A stretch of DNA of 64,000 bases. Origin: a virus. The notes below the pieces were generated by a model. It had not been told where the DNA came from and did not search any database. It worked only from the letters and a program-made list of their open reading frames with translations. Numbering within the stretch: position 1 is the first letter of the stretch; each line of letters opens with the position of its first letter. Made by a program: the position numbers and the translations under genes. Shown here piece after piece: positions 15,297 through 24,192 of this stretch. The stretch spans positions 1 through 64,000 of IMG/VR virus record IMGVR_UViG_3300001269_000001, one strand, 5' to 3'.

Positions 15297-16214
15297 CTAA
15301 TCTTTTTTGTTTGAAAAACCAGAAACATTATTTTCATTGTTAAAATCCTTTCTATGCTGTATGAACCCTTTAAATGGGCCTAAACGACCATATTCACGAA
15401 ACAGCTTAATACCATCAACTTCACAATTAGAATCTTCTTTAGAAGAAGGAGTCCTTGTTACTGAATAAGCATTATATTCAGAAGAGCTCATTGATCTGCA
15501 AACATGTTCAAATGGAGACCAGTGTTGATTTTCAACCAACCAATCATACAACCTAAAGTCATCATCAAAGGATGAGTTTCCATTAAAATTGTAGTAGCTA
15601 ACCCGTGCACATCTTGCAACTGAAACCTTAATCTTATCAAAGATTGAGAGAGAGTTAAATTCTTTTGAATAAAATGGTAGGTGATATTCACCACTGTTTA
15701 GTGTTGTTGGTGTTGATTTTCTATAAGAAGCTAACATTTTTACAGCTAGATCCCTAAAGTGTATTTCAGTACCTTCTCCAAGCCTTTGACTAAAAAAGTT
15801 ATCTAGATCTGTTGCAGTGATAATCAACTCACTATATAAAAATGGCTCTAGAAGCCTGTTAGATATTTGCTTTGTAAGACCCTCCTTGTTCAAGGAAGAT
15901 GCACTTTCTTTCATTGAGTCTAAGGCTCCTAACCAAATTCTTTTTAATTCAGATTTTTCGGAAGGATCTTTAAAAAAAGAAGAGCCCTGCATTCCTTTAT
16001 GATTTTTCATCCAACTTATTGGTATAACAGGTTCTTTAGACACTTTTTCTAACATCTTAGAGAAAGGAACAGCCCTAGATGATGCTGAATTTCTAGCAAA
16101 CATTCTATGTGTTAGAAGTTCAGACTGAATAAATCTAGGCATCTTGACCTTGAATGAGATTATTTCATCCCCTTTTTCGTTTATTGAATGTCTTAAAATT
16201 TCAGATTGAATCAT
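15297..16214 (-). CDS. thyX: ThyX-like flavin-dependent thymidylate synthase
   Basis: SELLTHRMFARNSASSRAV fits the ThyX signature RHRxxSxxxxSxR, except T replaces the first R and A replaces the first S. The track start at 16238 is a TTG inside the promoter box, so ATG 16214 is preferred. Confidence 0.6.
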   Translation of the reverse strand: MIQSEILRHSINEKGDEIISFKVKMPRFIQSELLTHRMFARNSASSRAVPFSKMLEKVSKEPVIPISWMKNHKGMQGSSFFKDPSEKSELKRIWLGALDSMKESASSLNKEGLTKQISNRLLEPFLYSELIITATDLDNFFSQRLGEGTEIHFRDLAVKMLASYRKSTPTTLNSGEYHLPFYSKEFNSLSIFDKIKVSVARCARVSYYNFNGNSSFDDDFRLYDWLVENQHWSPFEHVCRSMSSSEYNAYSVTRTPSSKEDSNCEVDGIKLFREYGRLGPFKGFIQHRKDFNNENNVSGFSNKKD

Positions 16215-16235
16215 GCTTTGTTTTTTAATGCTTTG

Positions 16236-16243
16236 CAAAGGTA
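16236..16243 (-). promoter_or_regulatory. -7-like box TACCTTTG heading the leftward arm
   Basis: Minus strand reads TGTACCTTTGCAAAGC, about 22 nt upstream of ATG 16214. It matches TAnnTTTG. Confidence 0.45.
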
Positions 16244-16569
16244 CATATTTATTTTTTCTAAAGCAAGAGTTTTTTTTTAAATTTACAAAAACTTACCAAT
16301 GCTTTTTTTACTATTTAAATCGTTTCTAAGAGTCTTTCTTATTTTTAACTGTAGATTTATCATTGAAAACAATAAAGTCCCTTAGAATTGATTTATATAC
16401 CCTTGTGTGGTGTTTGTAGTCTAAACCTTGAGTGTGCTAGTGTGATTTGGTAATAAGATCATTATTTGCCACCCTAGAGAATTTGTTTTTTAACATGTGG
16501 CTTGGGTTTATTTTTGACTAGGTGGTTTGCAAGAAAAGAAAAAGAACCAAAAAGAAAAGAATTACCTTA

Positions 16570-16800
16570 ATCTTTTAATCTTTATTTAAAGTAAACTTTA
16601 ATTAAGCTTTAATATAAGCTTATAATATATATATATTAATAATATTTACTATGATTTATTAAAGCTTAAAAAAATATAATATTATATATACTATAATAGT
16701 ATACATAAATGTATACTATAGTATATAATATTATATATATAAAAAAATAGTAAAAAATATTTTAATAAACAAGTAAATTAAGAAAAAAAAATAAAAAAAC
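16570..16800. other. Almost pure A+T tract with palindromes; candidate DNA-unwinding or origin region
   Basis: There are very few G or C by eye. TATA runs are present and AAGCTT occurs at 16604, 16616 and 16662. The tract lies between the divergent arms. Confidence 0.35.
16685..16727. repeat. Near-perfect inverted repeat
   Basis: Perfect 9-bp arms AGTATACAT (16698-16706) and ATGTATACT (16709-16717). The pairing extends to TATATACTAT..ATAGTATATA with a 3-nt bulge in the left arm. Confidence 0.7.
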
Positions 16801-16830
16801 TTTTAATTTGTTTTTTACAGAAAAAGTTCG

Positions 16831-16838
16831 TTACTTTG
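16831..16838 (+). promoter_or_regulatory. -7-like box TTACTTTG heading the rightward arm
   Basis: GTTACTTTGTGAAAC lies 21 nt upstream of ATG 16860. It is an imperfect TAnnTTTG. Confidence 0.35.
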
Positions 16839-16859
16839 TGAAACACAAAATAATTAGAT

Positions 16860-17267
16860 ATGATTAACTTGATTTATATTTCTATTCAAATTCTGTCACT
16901 AGCTCTCATTGAAGTTTTTTATGACCAATTACTTTCTAAAAACTTTGATGAAACGAATAAGTTGCTTAAGAGAAAAAGAACTAGTGGTCAAAACAAACTT
17001 TTACATGAGGCCCAGATACCATTTAGAGTTTTGGTTATCGTGCCTTCTGTTTTAATGCACTCGAACCCTTTTAATGTTTTTTATTGGGTGTTTTCAGTAA
17101 GCTTTTTCTGGTTAGTTTTTGATATATTTGTAAATATTCTTTGGTTAAAGAAGCCGTTGTTTTACTGGGGAGGTACTTCAAAAATAGATCTTTTTTTTGG
17201 AAAGCACCATGTTTGGGTTAAGTTGTTGTTAGTGTCTAGTTCATTGTTGAAAATATTACTTACATAG
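16860..17267 (+). CDS. Integral membrane protein
   Basis: 135 aa with several long hydrophobic segments (ISIQILSLALIEVF, VLVIVPSVLM, VFYWVFSVSFFWLVFDIFVNILW). Confidence 0.6.
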   Translation: MINLIYISIQILSLALIEVFYDQLLSKNFDETNKLLKRKRTSGQNKLLHEAQIPFRVLVIVPSVLMHSNPFNVFYWVFSVSFFWLVFDIFVNILWLKKPLFYWGGTSKIDLFFGKHHVWVKLLLVSSSLLKILLT

Positions 17268-17276
17268 AGAAAAAAA

Positions 17277-18764
17277 ATGAAGCCAAGTAAAGAGCAATTA
17301 GAAGTTTACAATACTGTTAGGAATACAAACAGCCATGTTGTCATAATGGCAGGCCCGGGTAGCGGTAAAACAACTACAATAGTTAATGCTTTGAAGTACC
17401 TACCTACCAATGCTAGTGCTGTTTTCATAGCATTCTCGAACAAGATAGTTAAGGAGCTTAAAGGTAGGGTTCCTACAAATATTGACTGCTCAACGATGCA
17501 TTCAATAGGGTATAACGCAATTATTGATTCAGGCAGGTCTAAACTTGATGATAAGAAGGTTTTTAAGATTGTAAAAAACCTTTACAAAAGAGACATTGCA
17601 TTTGATTCAAAGCAAGCTTTTAGTAAAATATTTGATGTTGTTAACTCAGTAAACCTTATTAGGTCTACATGCTGTAGTTACAATGAGTCTGATGTAACTG
17701 AAATGCTTTCAAACAGGAACATAACCCTTAGTGAGCGTGAAATGATGAATTCATTTTTAACACTAAAAAAGCTGTCTGAGTACAACGATAAAATGTATAA
17801 GGATGTTAATGTGATTGACTATCAGGATATGATAGAGCTTCCAGTAAATTATAGTGATGATTATTTACTACCAAGATACGATTACGTTTTTGTTGACGAG
17901 GCTCAGGATACTTCAAACCTTGATCGTAAGTTCATTAAGCTCCTTTTAAAAAATGACAAGAGTCGTTTAGTTGTTGTTGGAGATAAGAAACAGGCTATTT
18001 ATGGGTTTCGTGGTGCTGAGGTAGATTCTATGGATAGATTTATTGAAATGGAAAACACTAAAAAACTTAGCCTTTCAGTATCATACCGGTGTGCTAGTAA
18101 AATAGTTGATGAAGCCAACAAAGTATATAGTGGATTGAGTGCTTCTAAAAATGCAAAAGAAGGGGTTGTTAGGACTGGTCTCTTAGAAGATGTTTCAAAA
18201 GGAGATCTTGTTATTTGCAGATCTACATCTCCATTAGTTGAGGCTTACTTTAACCTTGTTAGTTTAGGAGTTAACTGCACAATTGTTGGTAAGGATATTG
18301 AAAAGGGTCTTGTATCTATCTCAGAATCCGTTCTAGCAAACACCCTTAGTGAGGTAGATAGTAATTGTAAGGAACTATTGGAGAGTGTTGCTAATGAGTT
18401 GATAGGGAAAAGGATTCATTCCTTTAAAAACCATCCTAGGTACCAACAGATGGAGGAGAAGGTTGAACTTATTAAGATACTTTCTGAAAAGTATCAAGAT
18501 AGGCTTCTTGACCTAACCAACATAATTGAATCAATATTCAATAGTAAGCACAGTGATGTACAGCTAATGACAATACACAAGTCAAAAGGCTTGGAGTCAG
18601 ATAGAGTTTTTTTTATTGAAAAACTAAATGGAAAGAACTTAATACCCTCAAAGTACTCTGTAACTGATGGCCAGCTTATTCAGGAAAAGAACCTTACTTT
18701 TGTTGCAATAACAAGAGCTAAATCAGAGCTTATATTTGTAGACCTAAAAACTAAAGACATTTAA
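17277..18764 (+). CDS. UvrD/Rep/PcrA-like superfamily-1 helicase
   Basis: MAGPGSGKTTT (Walker A), VFVDEAQDTS (motif II), VVGDKKQAIYGFRGA, SYRC, MTIHKSKGLESDRVF and FVAITRAKSEL. Confidence 0.9.
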   Translation: MKPSKEQLEVYNTVRNTNSHVVIMAGPGSGKTTTIVNALKYLPTNASAVFIAFSNKIVKELKGRVPTNIDCSTMHSIGYNAIIDSGRSKLDDKKVFKIVKNLYKRDIAFDSKQAFSKIFDVVNSVNLIRSTCCSYNESDVTEMLSNRNITLSEREMMNSFLTLKKLSEYNDKMYKDVNVIDYQDMIELPVNYSDDYLLPRYDYVFVDEAQDTSNLDRKFIKLLLKNDKSRLVVVGDKKQAIYGFRGAEVDSMDRFIEMENTKKLSLSVSYRCASKIVDEANKVYSGLSASKNAKEGVVRTGLLEDVSKGDLVICRSTSPLVEAYFNLVSLGVNCTIVGKDIEKGLVSISESVLANTLSEVDSNCKELLESVANELIGKRIHSFKNHPRYQQMEEKVELIKILSEKYQDRLLDLTNIIESIFNSKHSDVQLMTIHKSKGLESDRVFFIEKLNGKNLIPSKYSVTDGQLIQEKNLTFVAITRAKSELIFVDLKTKDI

Positions 18765-18776
18765 AATTTAAACCAT

Positions 18777-19019
18777 ATGAACCGGTTATTAAACTTCATA
18801 TTTCCAAATTCAGACATTGACTCTTGTGTTTTGCAGATTGATTATCAGTATGATACAAGCAAAGAATTTGGACTTAAAAATAGAGAGTTTGTTGTAATGA
18901 GTAGGAATTTGAAGTTTGATGACGGAGATCATTTTATAATTGAAGTAAAAAAGTTGTTGCAGAAGAAAAACGCTTTTCATTACATAAAAAGTATTGATTG
19001 CGTGTCTAATGTGATGTAA
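18777..19019 (+). CDS. Hypothetical protein
   Basis: 80-aa ORF with an ATG start, in the operon gap. Confidence 0.5.
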   Translation: MNRLLNFIFPNSDIDSCVLQIDYQYDTSKEFGLKNREFVVMSRNLKFDDGDHFIIEVKKLLQKKNAFHYIKSIDCVSNVM

Positions 19020-19108
19020 TTTAACGGTTTTTTTGTTAAAACTGGTTGAAAGGATAACTTTCTTAGAAAAAATAAGTAAATTTACAATTAACAATAATAA
19101 TAAACATT

Positions 19109-20197
19109 ATGAGTAAAAGATTTAGGCCACAGTTCCCCCTTAGTTTTAAGGATGAGTCATTATTTCAAGAAATAAAGGCTAAGATTGTTCAAGATGGTCT
19201 TGCAAAAACAAGCATTGCTCTTGGAATTTCAAGTAACTCTAAAAAATCAACTTCTGGTTTGGAGAGGGATATTTTGTCGGGAAATTTTTCCATATACGAT
19301 CTTTCAGGGAGGCATGATGTAAGTGTAAGTGTTGTTGAATCAGTCGTTACATCTCTTCTTGAGAGTGGTTACAACCTTGTTATAAACAAGCAGGGCGATG
19401 TTATGATATCAAATGTGATCCCAAAACTCCCTACAAGAGAAATTAAAATAGACAAATCTGGTGAGTTTCTATTTGGTGCCGTTGGTGATAATCATCTAGG
19501 CTCTAGGTATGAAGACCTAGGGGCTTTAAATGCTCTTTATGATGTGTTTGAAGAAGAGGGTGTTAAGACTGTATTTAACACAGGTAATTGGATTGATGGT
19601 GAGGCTAGGTTTAACAAGCATGACCTTCACACTCATGGCTTAGACAATCAGCTAAAATACATGATTGAAAAGTACCCTCAGAGGGATGGTATTAAAACAT
19701 ACTATGTTTCAGGGGATGATCATGAAGGCTGGTACACTCAAAGAGAAGGTATTGATGTAGGTAGAAGGCTTGAGCAGGATGCAAATGACTCAGGTCGATA
19801 TGATCTTATAAACATAGGTCATATGGTGTCTGATGTTTTAATAGATACTGGTACTGAAAACAAGCTTAAAGTGTGTGTGCAGCACCCGGGAGGTGGGTCT
19901 GCTTTTTCACTAAGCCACACAACCCAAAAAATAGTTGAGTCTTTTGGTGATGGTGAGAAGCCAGATATCCTTCTTTTGGGTCACTATCACAAAGCTTCAA
20001 GTTTCTTATTTAAAGGGGTTCACACCGTTCAAACTGGGTGTACTCAAGAGAGAACCCCTTTTATGAAAAAGAAGCTTCTTAGCGCTCACATTGGTGGCTT
20101 TGTAATACGTGGAACTGTAAGTAAAGATGGCACTATTAGCTCTTTCACTCCAACATTTTATAACCTTGCGAAAGGTGGTTGGGAATACAAATGGTAA
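19109..20197 (+). CDS. Calcineurin-like metallophosphoesterase with an extra N-terminal domain
   Basis: GAVGDNHLG, NTGNWIDG, SGDDHEGW, QHPGG and LLGHYH match the metallophosphatase motif order. Confidence 0.7.
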   Translation: MSKRFRPQFPLSFKDESLFQEIKAKIVQDGLAKTSIALGISSNSKKSTSGLERDILSGNFSIYDLSGRHDVSVSVVESVVTSLLESGYNLVINKQGDVMISNVIPKLPTREIKIDKSGEFLFGAVGDNHLGSRYEDLGALNALYDVFEEEGVKTVFNTGNWIDGEARFNKHDLHTHGLDNQLKYMIEKYPQRDGIKTYYVSGDDHEGWYTQREGIDVGRRLEQDANDSGRYDLINIGHMVSDVLIDTGTENKLKVCVQHPGGGSAFSLSHTTQKIVESFGDGEKPDILLLGHYHKASSFLFKGVHTVQTGCTQERTPFMKKKLLSAHIGGFVIRGTVSKDGTISSFTPTFYNLAKGGWEYKW

Positions 20198-20213
20198 AAA
20201 AAAGAAAAAAGTT

Positions 20214-20669
20214 ATGGCTTCTAAAAGGTCAAATAAAATAGCTGCAATGAACCGGAAGAAAGACATCTTTGATATGATGTTGAAAGGTAGCAGTGATTAT
20301 AAAATAAAGGGGATGCTTATGGAAAAGCATCTCCTTTCCATTGAAAGCTCTAGGGTTGAGCTTATAAATGCAAGAAAGGAACTTGACAAAAAGAAAGAGT
20401 TCACTGTAGAGAATATAATAGATGTACACATCCCAAGGTATGAATCTATGTATGAAGACCTTATGGACTTAGGTGCTGATAACACAGCCATAAATGTCCT
20501 TAAGCAAAAAGAAAAGTTTTTGGGAATGAATCAGGAACACTTAACATTTAATGTTTTTTCTGGTGGTGATGATAGTGACATTGATAAAAATTATGAAATA
20601 AACAACTTGACTCCTGATGAGCAAGGTAGGTTTTCATCTCTAATGAGTAAAATATCAATAAATGAGTGA
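20214..20669 (+). CDS. Putative small terminase subunit (TerS-like)
   Basis: Its 3' end overlaps the TerL start by 8 nt. Small, basic N-terminus. The ATG at 20214 follows the stop of the previous gene. The longer track ORF from 20127 would overlap that gene. Confidence 0.45.
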   Translation: MASKRSNKIAAMNRKKDIFDMMLKGSSDYKIKGMLMEKHLLSIESSRVELINARKELDKKKEFTVENIIDVHIPRYESMYEDLMDLGADNTAINVLKQKEKFLGMNQEHLTFNVFSGGDDSDIDKNYEINNLTPDEQGRFSSLMSKISINE

Positions 20670-22161
20670 TTCAAGCTCTGAAAAAATACCAGTAGATAGG
20701 AAGTACAAGGTCATTGAGAGGTTGGAAAAAAAACTGGAAAGATCAATTTGTGAGGAAAGGTTTTATGAGTTTTTTATAAGAGCTTTTTGCCAGCTTCATC
20801 CGGGAACACCTTATGATGAAAACTGGCACGCAGAATACTTATGTGACAGGTTGCAGGAGGAGGCTGAAAGGGTTTGGGATGGTAGGCCAAGAGGTAAGGA
20901 TTTGATAATAAACATGCCATTTAGGGCTGCAAAGTCAATGATAACTACTGTTATCTTCCCTGTATGGTGTTGGATAAGAAACCCTAGGACTAAATTTATA
21001 TGTGTTTCTTTTGCTGAAAGCTTAGCGCTTGAACACTCCCAATATAGCAGGAACCTGATACTTGGAACTTGGTTTCAAATGCTTTGGGGTGATAAAATAT
21101 ACTTTGATGCTAATCAAAATAGTAAAGCCCATTATGCAAACAGTGAGGGTGGTTCTAGGAAATCAGTTGGTACAGGAGGTCAAATAACCGGTTCTGGTAG
21201 TGATATCATCATCATAGATGACCCACAAGACCCTAAAAGAGCTGCATCAGAGGTTGAGCGTCAAAACTCAATAGACTTTTACGACAAAACACTTTTTTCT
21301 CGACTTAATCAGCCTGATGTTGGGGTTAGGATAATTGTAATGCAGAGGCTTCATGAGGGTGACCTTTCAGGGTACCTTTTGGAGAATCGTCCAGAAGACC
21401 ACAACCATATATGCATACCTGCTGAGTGGGATGAAGATATAGCTTCTCCAAAAGACATTAAAAAGCATTATGTTGATGGATTGTTTTGGAGTACTAGGTT
21501 TAATAGAAAAACATTAAAGTCTTTTGAGAAAACATTAACACCGCTTGGGGCTGCTGGGCAACTTCAACAAAGACCTGCACCTTTGAGTGGAAACCTTGTT
21601 AAGCGCGACTGGTTTCCAATTATACCAGCAAGTTCTGTAAAAAGAAATGACAGGATCCAGCCTATAATGTTCTTAATGGATACCGCATATACTGCCAAGC
21701 AGGAAAATGACCCCTCTGGCATTATGGCCATATTCAAAGATGAGTCTGAGGACTGTATATACATAGTTAATGTATCAGAAGTTAGGCTTGAGTTTCCAGA
21801 CCTAATAAAATATACAAAGGAGTATGTGGCTAGAAATGGATACTCAGGGTCTAGTTCAATATGGGTTGAGCCAAAGGCTTCTGGAAAATCTCTTGTTCAA
21901 CAGCTAAAGGCTTCTGATAACTTCAATATATCTGAAATATCAGGGGATTTTCTGTCAGATGATAAGCTAACAAGGCTTTCGTCAGTATCCCACTTGATAT
22001 ATTCAGGTAGGGTTAGGCTTGTTGAAGGTGATTGGAATGAAAAGTACTTAAACCAACTATGCATGTTTCCTAGCGCTAAACATGACGAGTTTGTTGATTT
22101 AACTTGTTATGCATGTTTTTTATTCTTAACGGGATCTAATTTTGACTTCTTCTTTATATGA
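20662..22161 (+). CDS. terL: Terminase large subunit
   Basis: ATPase half with SDIIIIDDPQD (Walker B) and VMQRLHEGD. Nuclease half with FLMDTAYT..NDPSG, EPKASGKS and KHDEFVDL. Confidence 0.85.
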   Translation: MSDSSSEKIPVDRKYKVIERLEKKLERSICEERFYEFFIRAFCQLHPGTPYDENWHAEYLCDRLQEEAERVWDGRPRGKDLIINMPFRAAKSMITTVIFPVWCWIRNPRTKFICVSFAESLALEHSQYSRNLILGTWFQMLWGDKIYFDANQNSKAHYANSEGGSRKSVGTGGQITGSGSDIIIIDDPQDPKRAASEVERQNSIDFYDKTLFSRLNQPDVGVRIIVMQRLHEGDLSGYLLENRPEDHNHICIPAEWDEDIASPKDIKKHYVDGLFWSTRFNRKTLKSFEKTLTPLGAAGQLQQRPAPLSGNLVKRDWFPIIPASSVKRNDRIQPIMFLMDTAYTAKQENDPSGIMAIFKDESEDCIYIVNVSEVRLEFPDLIKYTKEYVARNGYSGSSSIWVEPKASGKSLVQQLKASDNFNISEISGDFLSDDKLTRLSSVSHLIYSGRVRLVEGDWNEKYLNQLCMFPSAKHDEFVDLTCYACFLFLTGSNFDFFFI

Positions 22162-23006
22162 GCGATATTGAACCAAAAAATAATCTCAGAGGTAAAAGAA
22201 TGCCTAAAGAGATAAAAGAAAAAATACCACAGCTAGTGAATGATGTGGCAAAAATGCTTGGTGAAAACCTTTCAAAAAAAGATATAGCAAAGGAGCTTTC
22301 AAAAAAAATACCGTCAAACCATGTTACAATAAATTTTGTAAATAAACTGGTTATTGATGCAAATAAAAAGGCAACATCTCAGATAAATAGAAGTATGAGC
22401 TATGTCTTCAACCTTCATGTTAGAAGGTATGAGAAGATATATCAGGACTGCATGGATGACATATCTGATTGGAGGACAAGGCTTGAGTTTAAAGGTAGGC
22501 ATTTTAAGTTTATAAGAAGTAAGATACTTATAGGATTAAAGGCGATGAAGGCTAAAGAGGAGCTTTTGGGTATGCATAGCAATGCAATGGAGGTTAATAT
22601 CTCAAGTGATAGTGTATCTATGAAAAGAAAAAGGTCTCATAAAGAGGGGTTGATACCATACCGAGTTGACAACTTAAGCCACGATGAGAAAAAAGAATTA
22701 CTTAAACTGATACAAAAAACAAAAATATCACCTGTGGAAGGTGTCCACCCACTTATATTTAAAAAAGTTGATTTTGAAGCTGTAAAGGTTCTAAATGTTA
22801 GGGGTGTTGGTTCTACAAACACTCAAGATATATCTTTTGAAGAGCTTCCACCAGATAAAGTATCCCAGTTTATTAAAAAGGAAAGTGTTGAGGAGGAGCC
22901 TGTAACCAAGGTTCCTGCAAAAAATCTTGATGAAGTATTAAGTAAATTGAATAGTTCAGATATGGATGTTTTTAAAAACTTTTTAAAGTTAGGAAATGAT
23001 GAATGA
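22158..23006 (+). CDS. TerS-like paralog with a long C-terminal extension
   Basis: Four colinear blocks are shared with 20214-20669. Examples are HVRRYEKIYQDCMDD vs HIPRYESMYEDLMDL, and LKAMKAKEELLGMH vs LKQKEKFLGMN. Confidence 0.45.
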   Translation: MSDIEPKNNLRGKRMPKEIKEKIPQLVNDVAKMLGENLSKKDIAKELSKKIPSNHVTINFVNKLVIDANKKATSQINRSMSYVFNLHVRRYEKIYQDCMDDISDWRTRLEFKGRHFKFIRSKILIGLKAMKAKEELLGMHSNAMEVNISSDSVSMKRKRSHKEGLIPYRVDNLSHDEKKELLKLIQKTKISPVEGVHPLIFKKVDFEAVKVLNVRGVGSTNTQDISFEELPPDKVSQFIKKESVEEEPVTKVPAKNLDEVLSKLNSSDMDVFKNFLKLGNDE

Positions 23007-23244
23007 TAGTATATCAGTAGTTCAAATTGAAGGTATGAGCCTTTCAGGTGTTGAAATGTTAAGCATAGGTCAGTCAAATAGGCTTATAAGCTTGTACATA
23101 AGTGATAGGGCAGGTGTTATGGTTAAACCTAACATCATGTCAAACATTTCACTTGGTGAAAAGTTATGTACAATTGCTACAAACTACTTTAAATCCATGG
23201 CTGAATCAAAAAATTTCTCAGGTTCATTCGTTAGTTTCTCATAA
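22996..23244 (+). CDS. Hypothetical protein
   Basis: 82-aa ORF filling the gap between its neighbours, with an ATG start. Confidence 0.45.
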   Translation: MMNDSISVVQIEGMSLSGVEMLSIGQSNRLISLYISDRAGVMVKPNIMSNISLGEKLCTIATNYFKSMAESKNFSGSFVSFS

Positions 23245-23248
23245 AATT

Positions 23249-23842
23249 ATGACTAAAACACAGGATAATTGCTCTAAGTGTGATTGTGGAATGAAGAGGT
23301 ATATTGTAAACAAAAAACACTATCTTTGTCAGGAGAAAAACTATGAAAGAATTCATGGATGTAAAAACATAAAGAAGCCTATTAAAAAGTTTAATGGAGA
23401 CTCTAGTAAGGAAGATCTATCTATTTTAAAGAAGAAGTTTTCTATAAGAAAAATATCGCCACAGGAGAGGTATAGGTGTTCAGATGGGTCTTTAGTGTCT
23501 CAGGTTCAAATAAACAGAAAGTATGCAGAGTGCATCGATAAAATAGCCTTAGACAGACCACCTATTTGTGAGGGTACTGGTCGTGGAGATCTACCTGTTA
23601 GTTTCTCTCATACAATATCAAGGGTTAGGTGTAAGCAGATTGGTAAGACAGAGCTAATATGGGATGCAGAAAATATTGAGATAGAATCTTTTCATGAAAG
23701 GTCTTCAAACCCTTTTGGTGCCCATAACATATGGGAAGATGGAAGCCTTGAACAAAAAAAAGGTTTGATAAACTTTTCAAAAAAGATGTCTTTTATAAAA
23801 AAACACGACATGGAGCTTTATAAAGAAAAATTCAATGAGTAA
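23249..23842 (+). CDS. Cys-rich hypothetical protein, tentatively NinG/HNH-like
   Basis: The ATG at 23249 (MTKTQDNCSKCDCG) lies 4 nt after the previous stop. ICEGTG..SFSHTISR..WDAENIEI..FHE loosely recalls NinG-type motifs. Confidence 0.5.
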   Translation: MTKTQDNCSKCDCGMKRYIVNKKHYLCQEKNYERIHGCKNIKKPIKKFNGDSSKEDLSILKKKFSIRKISPQERYRCSDGSLVSQVQINRKYAECIDKIALDRPPICEGTGRGDLPVSFSHTISRVRCKQIGKTELIWDAENIEIESFHERSSNPFGAHNIWEDGSLEQKKGLINFSKKMSFIKKHDMELYKEKFNE

Positions 23843-24119
23843 CAGTTTAATTGAAAGGCAAGTTATAGACTTGTTTGAGAGTCTTGAGATATCTTCTGAT
23901 AATGTTGTCTGTCCAGTTTCGGAGGGGTTGGCAATCATATATGAAAATGTTAAGAAGATATCTATTCCTGCAATATCTAGCTGTGATATTGGTAGGGTTA
24001 CCTCAGTTTCTGTATGTTCAGCAATAGAATCTGGAATGACCATTAGTGACTTTTCAAAAATATTTAATATGGGTTGGTATATTGATGAGGATAACGAACT
24101 ATCATTTGATATTAAGTAG
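23835..24119 (+). CDS. Hypothetical protein
   Basis: 94-aa ORF overlapping the upstream stop by 8 nt. Confidence 0.55.
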   Translation: MSNSLIERQVIDLFESLEISSDNVVCPVSEGLAIIYENVKKISIPAISSCDIGRVTSVSVCSAIESGMTISDFSKIFNMGWYIDEDNELSFDIK

Positions 24120-24192
24120 TTATTTGTTGTTTGATAACAAATAAATGATTAACTTTGCATTCTATGCAATAAATAAACTAAAATAGCTAAAT

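Noticed and set aside
16604-16667. Three AAGCTT sites interpreted as iterons.
   Set aside because: A 6-mer occurring three times within an extremely AT-rich 230-bp block, with irregular spacing, is too weak to call specific binding sites.
16239-16859. A tRNA or other standard RNA gene in the long intergenic region.
   Set aside because: I could not find a cloverleaf with acceptor and anticodon stems, or any conserved RNA box. Only a tentative long-range stem was seen, and it is reported as part of the region finding.
20127-20213. Longer N-terminal extensions given by the ORF track (20127, 23102, 30256, 12238, 16238, 28232).
   Set aside because: The extensions either overlap the preceding gene substantially or begin at TTG. 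In-frame ATGs placed just after the upstream stop (20214, 23249, 30319, 12118, 16214, 28244) fit the operon packing better.
24120-24168. Hairpins TTATTTGTT..AACAAATAA (24120-24144) and TTGCAT-TCT-ATGCAA (24154-24168) as a terminator.
   Set aside because: The stems are short and AT-rich with no following T-run. They may still be an operator or a weak structure, but they do not meet my bar for an intrinsic terminator.
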